NCBI GenBank assembly: GCA_003566935.1
Contig: PXBM01000152.1
Location: forward strand, 1 to 29,719
Source of the DNA: Syntrophomonadaceae bacterium
GTDB taxonomy: Bacteria > Bacillota > Dethiobacteria > DTU022
Length of the DNA: 29,719 nucleotides
Direction of reading: 5' to 3'
Both the position numbers and the translations under genes were made by a program. How positions within the stretch are numbered: the stretch's first letter is position 1; each line of letters begins with the position of its first letter. Positions 25,772 through 29,719 of this stretch are shown piece after piece. The notes beneath the pieces were generated by a model that was given only the letters and a program-made list of their open reading frames with translations, was not told the origin of the DNA and made no database searches.

Positions 25772-27277
25772 TCAACTCCCATTAGTTTCATCTTCGCCGG
25801 TTTCTGAAACAACTTCGGTTGGAATATAGTTGGGATTATAGAGCAGGCGTATTAAACTCATTGTTGTTTCATCTTCTCCTACCGGTTCATCCTCTTTACG
25901 CCTCTCCAGGATAGATTGAATCTGTCCGTGAACTGCACAGGTCAGATTATAATGACGGGCAAAACCAAAAAGTGAAATTAAAAGCAGCAGGATGGGAGCT
26001 AAAGATACAAGAAGGCGAACAGCGAGAATGAAACTATCAGGCTGTACAGTTGCAATTCCCTCCTGGGGAGCTGTATAACCTGAAAACTGGATAACCCACC
26101 CGACAATCATCAGGGCAATAGCTGTTGAAAGCTTGCGAAGGAAAGTCATAACACCGGCATAGGTGCCCTGGCGCCTTTTACCTGTAGCCAACTGATCAAC
26201 ATCAAGAACATCGGGCAGCATGGACCATGGGCTGAAGGCTGCACCCGACGTGCCTAATCCAATCAAGCCGGCTATGACAAATATTACCCAGATTGGAGTC
26301 CCTTCACCAACAATAGCAAGAACAGGTACAAGCAAAATCCAGATGATAGTGCCTATATAGTATGATGTTTTCTTGCCGTATCTATTGGCGATCGGCACAT
26401 ATATAAGAAGAGAAAGTGTTTGTACAAGCAGCAAAATACCAAAAACCAGGGAAATGTATATTTCTTCTCCCCGGCCAATTACATAAGTCATATAATACAT
26501 TAAAACTGCGGATATAACATCTATAGCCAGAAAGGTAAGCAAATAGATGCCGGTAAGGGTTCTGAAACAGCGGTTTGTCATCGTATCTTTGACATCTTTT
26601 ATTAGATCGAGTTTTGTTTTCACATGTTGGTGTGGTTGCTCAAAACTGACAAGGAAGGTGCCAACCAGTGGCAGGGCAAAAATAAGTCCGAAAGTAATTC
26701 CCATAATTGTATAGCCAGTAGAGGTCTGATCAAAGCTGCCAACAATTAACATGGGAACAGCAGCAGATGCCAGGGAAGAAAGGTTTGAAAAAGCCATCCG
26801 AAAACCGGTTAATGAACTTCTTTCATTATAACTCGGGGTAAGTTCCGGAATAAGGGCATTATAGGGAACCATAACCATAGTCAGGGTTGTATTAAATAAT
26901 ATATTCATTACCAGGAAAAAAAGAAACAGGCCGAATTGAGTTTCAAATGCAGGGGTGCTCCAGAGCAGGGTAAAAGTTATAATGATGGGCAGGATTCCGG
27001 CCAGAAAGTACACCCGGCGCCTGCCAAAACGGCTCCTGGTCTGATCAGTAATAAAGCCCATCAGGGGATCTGAGATAGCATCCCATCCCTTGCCCAGCAT
27101 TAAAACCAGGCCTGCCAGAACTGGATTTAGTCCGGCCACTTCAGTCAGGAAAAACAGATAATAAAAGCCGATTAGAATTAATGCTCCGCCACCAAAAATA
27201 TCGCCGGCGCCGTAAAAAAACTTGGTTGTAAATGGTAGTTTCCCATCAGCATTTACTTTAAAAGCATTCACTTTCAT
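25772..27277 (-). CDS. MFS transporter, glycoside-pentoside-hexuronide (GPH, MelB/UidB-like) cation symporter
   Basis: KFFYGAGD, WDAISDPLMG...DQTRSRFGRRR, VPYNALIPELT...ER; about 12 hydrophobic segments; cation-site Asp residues retained. Confidence 0.9.
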   Translation of the reverse strand: MKVNAFKVNADGKLPFTTKFFYGAGDIFGGGALILIGFYYLFFLTEVAGLNPVLAGLVLMLGKGWDAISDPLMGFITDQTRSRFGRRRVYFLAGILPIIITFTLLWSTPAFETQFGLFLFFLVMNILFNTTLTMVMVPYNALIPELTPSYNERSSLTGFRMAFSNLSSLASAAVPMLIVGSFDQTSTGYTIMGITFGLIFALPLVGTFLVSFEQPHQHVKTKLDLIKDVKDTMTNRCFRTLTGIYLLTFLAIDVISAVLMYYMTYVIGRGEEIYISLVFGILLLVQTLSLLIYVPIANRYGKKTSYYIGTIIWILLVPVLAIVGEGTPIWVIFVIAGLIGLGTSGAAFSPWSMLPDVLDVDQLATGKRRQGTYAGVMTFLRKLSTAIALMIVGWVIQFSGYTAPQEGIATVQPDSFILAVRLLVSLAPILLLLISLFGFARHYNLTCAVHGQIQSILERRKEDEPVGEDETTMSLIRLLYNPNYIPTEVVSETGEDETNGS

Positions 27278-27314
27278 ACCTCCCTTTCGATTAACTTAGT
27301 GAGTCATGGCAATG

Positions 27315-28295
27315 CTAATCTTGACGCAATATTGGCAGAGTTTTACCTTTCCCTGCCGCTTCGAGCCCGGTTAAAATGATATTTAAAGCTTGCAATCCTA
27401 CAAGTCCGTCAGTTTCAGGTTTTCGGCGACTTTCAATACAGCGGCAGAACTCGGTAAGTTCTTCTTTGACAGAATGAATACCTTCTACAATCTCACTAAT
27501 TGCCTTTCCATCAGCTCCTGTTACAGTTAGCTTCTCCTCACCATCAACCCTGATTTCCCCTTTCGTTCCCCGAGCATAAATAGAAAAAAGCTCAGGTGCT
27601 GTTGTATAGTCGGCAGTTATGGAACCAACAACTCCATTTTTAAATTTAAGCAGCATTCGCCCTCCGGCTGGAACCTGGGAACCATTTGGGCATTCCATAA
27701 TTTCTGCAGAGACTCTTTCTATTGGCCCGAACAGATAAGGCAGGTTATCCGCATGATGAATGCCAAGCTGCATCATTGGTCCCCCGGGGCAGGATAAAGC
27801 GCAATTACGCCACGATTCACCGCAAATTTCTTCAAGATTATAATAAGAAAACGTAGCTTCAACAGTTTTTATTTCACCGGCCGCCTTATTGTCAATAAGC
27901 TTTTTCATCTTACGCACGGCAGGATAGCGGCGGGAGTTATGGCCAACCATTAATATTCGCTTTTTTCCTTCCGCCAATCTAATCATTTCCAGGGCTTCAT
28001 CCGGGTTTGCTGTAATTGGTTTTTCTACAAAAATATCTTTGCCGGCGTTTACTAATTTAACCGCGAGAGGATAATGGGTGGTATTCCCGGTTACAATTAA
28101 AACACCATTAATAGATTTGTCATCCAATATCTCCTGCATGGAGGAAGCAGGCGGCACTTCAAAGAGATCGCTGAAAAAGCTGCATCTTTCAGGATCTTCA
28201 TCATATACAGCAGTTACTGAAACTCCCTCAATATCACGCAAAAAACTGAATAGTAACATTGCCCAGCGGCCGCAGCCAATTAATGCAAGCTTCAT
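27315..28295 (-). CDS. Gfo/Idh/MocA family NAD(P)-dependent oxidoreductase
   Basis: LALIGCGRW, H...A......GKDIFVEKP, VGHNSR, MQLGIHHAD. Real start is the ATG at 28295 after AAGGAG; the ORF track extends into the upstream gene. Confidence 0.9.
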   Translation of the reverse strand: MKLALIGCGRWAMLLFSFLRDIEGVSVTAVYDEDPERCSFFSDLFEVPPASSMQEILDDKSINGVLIVTGNTTHYPLAVKLVNAGKDIFVEKPITANPDEALEMIRLAEGKKRILMVGHNSRRYPAVRKMKKLIDNKAAGEIKTVEATFSYYNLEEICGESWRNCALSCPGGPMMQLGIHHADNLPYLFGPIERVSAEIMECPNGSQVPAGGRMLLKFKNGVVGSITADYTTAPELFSIYARGTKGEIRVDGEEKLTVTGADGKAISEIVEGIHSVKEELTEFCRCIESRRKPETDGLVGLQALNIILTGLEAAGKGKTLPILRQD

Positions 28296-28321
28296 TTTAC
28301 CATGATCTCCTTTGCTTCTAT

Positions 28322-29476
28322 TTAGATCCCTGTCATTTTTATCGCTGACTGAGGGCACAGTTCAGCACAAAGCCCGCAGCCGACACAATCCTGATGCACG
28401 ATATATGCATTTTCCCCGCCCGTAAAAGCGGACTGGTGCAGGCAAACTTTTTCACAGATGCCGCAATTAGTACAGCTATCTTCATCTATCCGGGCAACTC
28501 TTGCCCTGGTGCGATTTACCTGGTCAGGGGGAATAACCTTGGAACAAATTGCTCCCCTAAACTGCTCAATTTCCGAGTACCCTTTTCCAACCATGAAGTC
28601 ATCCAGCTTTTTCAAGTAAGCTTTTATCACCTTGAAGCCTTCCATGTAAATAGAGGTACATATTTGAACGCTTGATGCACCTGACAGGATATACTTAATA
28701 ATATCTTCGCCACAGCAAACCCCTCCACTACCGCTGATCGGCAAATCAACCTGTGGTGCAGCTGCTGAAATCCATCGCAATGCATAATGAATAGCCCAGG
28801 GGCCACCGTGACCGGCAATACCGCCATGCATTATAGGTGCTTCTTTTTCCAGGTCAATATCAAGGCCGGTGAAACGGCTGAACATTACCAGGCCGTCAGC
28901 ACCCGCTTTATCAAGACTGACAGCAGTCAAGAGAGGATCGGTCAACTGGGGAGTAAATTTCGCACAAACCGGAATGGAAACTTTATCTTTAACAAGTTTA
29001 ACAGTTTCAATCGCAGCTGCGGTCCAGGAATCTTTTCCCTCCATCATAATTTTGCTAAATGGACAAGAACGGTTTATCTCCAGGGCTTCTGCTCCGGCTT
29101 CCTCCAGGCAGGATGCATAATCTGCCCAAGCCTGATCGCTAACACAGTTAATACTGGCAATGACCGGGATAGAAACCTCTTTTACCGTCCGGTGAACTTC
29201 ATCAGCGTAACGCTCCAGGTCCCAGGGGCTGGCCTGTTCAAAACTATAAAAAGTTGAAGAGTGCATAGGACCCCCTTTTCGCCTAATTAATGAATAGCAG
29301 GGTGTGGGATTTTTGCGGGTATACTCTTCTTCAAATAATGTTTTCATCACCACTGCAGCAGCGCCCATTTCTTCAGCCTTCTTGATTAATTCCAGGTGCT
29401 CAGAGGTACCTGCCGAGGCTACCACAAGGGGGTTTTTTATTTTAAGGGATCCATACATGGTTTCCGTATCTGGCAT
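28322..29476 (-). CDS. Dihydroorotate/dihydropyrimidine dehydrogenase-like FMN protein with C-terminal 2x[4Fe-4S] (PreA-like architecture)
   Basis: KNPLVVASAG, AAAVVMKT, PVIASI, EINRSCP, PVCAKFTP, ISGSGG, GASSVQICT; C-terminal CTNCGICEKVC and CVGCGLCAELCP. Confidence 0.85.
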   Translation of the reverse strand: MPDTETMYGSLKIKNPLVVASAGTSEHLELIKKAEEMGAAAVVMKTLFEEEYTRKNPTPCYSLIRRKGGPMHSSTFYSFEQASPWDLERYADEVHRTVKEVSIPVIASINCVSDQAWADYASCLEEAGAEALEINRSCPFSKIMMEGKDSWTAAAIETVKLVKDKVSIPVCAKFTPQLTDPLLTAVSLDKAGADGLVMFSRFTGLDIDLEKEAPIMHGGIAGHGGPWAIHYALRWISAAAPQVDLPISGSGGVCCGEDIIKYILSGASSVQICTSIYMEGFKVIKAYLKKLDDFMVGKGYSEIEQFRGAICSKVIPPDQVNRTRARVARIDEDSCTNCGICEKVCLHQSAFTGGENAYIVHQDCVGCGLCAELCPQSAIKMTGI

Positions 29477-29512
29477 AAAACCACTCTCCTAAATAGTAAG
29501 GATGCAATCGAA

Positions 29513-29719
29513 TTATGATTCTGTTTTTGTTTTATCTCCTACAGACTGGCGGATTATTAGCTCAATCGGTACATTTTCAATTACAGGCTTATAATTTCTT
29601 TTTGAATTAATAAGCTTTATTACTCTTTCTGCGGCCCTGACTCCGATCTGGTAAAAAGATTGGGCAATTGTTGTTAAGGGTGGATCCACCAGTGCAGACA
29701 TCTCAATATTGTCAAAACC
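29513..29719 (-). CDS. LacI family transcriptional regulator, C-terminal part; start lies beyond the window
   Basis: In-frame GFDNIEMSALVDPPLTTIAQSFYQIGVRAAERVI...ELIIRQS, the classic LacI sugar-binding domain end. Confidence 0.88.
   Translation of the reverse strand, partial: GFDNIEMSALVDPPLTTIAQSFYQIGVRAAERVIKLINSKRNYKPVIENVPIELIIRQSVGDKTKTES

Noticed and set aside
28322-29476. Annotation as pyrD or preA
   Set aside because: The substrate-binding motif is altered, there is no pyrK/preT or pyrimidine gene context, and the gene sits in a LacI-headed catabolic operon.
345-29492. Numerous 60-175 aa ORFs on the opposite strand or in alternative frames in the ORF track (e.g. 345..656, 798..1127, 8167..8538, 15263..15787, 22361..22798, 28787..29257)
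   Set aside because: All lie inside longer, motif-supported genes, and I recognised no family motifs in them. They are shadow ORFs.
1-29719. Mobile elements, CRISPR arrays, tRNA/rRNA and a LacI operator palindrome
   Set aside because: I saw no transposase, integrase, regularly spaced repeats, structural RNA signatures or convincing operator by eye. The only long repeat is the DUF362 remnant.

Overview
Bacterial chromosomal DNA with strong AGGAGG ribosome-binding sites and ytxG/ytxH-like genes, suggesting a Bacillota (Firmicutes)-like anaerobe (inference only). I saw no rRNA, tRNA, CRISPR array or transposase. The left ~5.7 kb holds a sulfur-handling pair (YeeE/YedE transporter and MBL-fold hydrolase with two rhodanese domains), DUF2937, ytxG/ytxH-like genes and a DUF362 Fe-S protein. 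A second, internally deleted copy of the DUF362 gene lies upstream, fused at a 7-bp microhomology. From 29719 down to 6496, 19 genes run on the minus strand downstream of a LacI regulator: a DHOD/PreA-like FMN/Fe-S protein, Gfo/Idh/MocA oxidoreductase, GPH-family MFS symporter, TIM-barrel isomerase/epimerase, Zn-ADH, orphan SdhA/NadB-like flavoprotein, ceramidase-like hydrolase, two orphan proteins, saccharopine-dehydrogenase-like oxidoreductase, two paralogous tandem-SCP2-like proteins bracketing a class III aminotransferase and a split transketolase, a pair of paralogous large WTENH-motif proteins (one with a Tat signal) and KdgK, which converges on Eda. The best candidate for an undescribed system is the aminotransferase/transketolase/SCP2 module. 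Its transketolase appears to have lost both the acceptor 2-OH-binding Asp and one phosphate-binding Arg. This fits an inferred, untested, phosphorylation-independent route for cleaving lipid amino-diols such as sphingoid bases into fatty aldehydes, coupled to catabolism of a sugar-acid head group. All family calls come from motif recognition by eye; no database searches were run.
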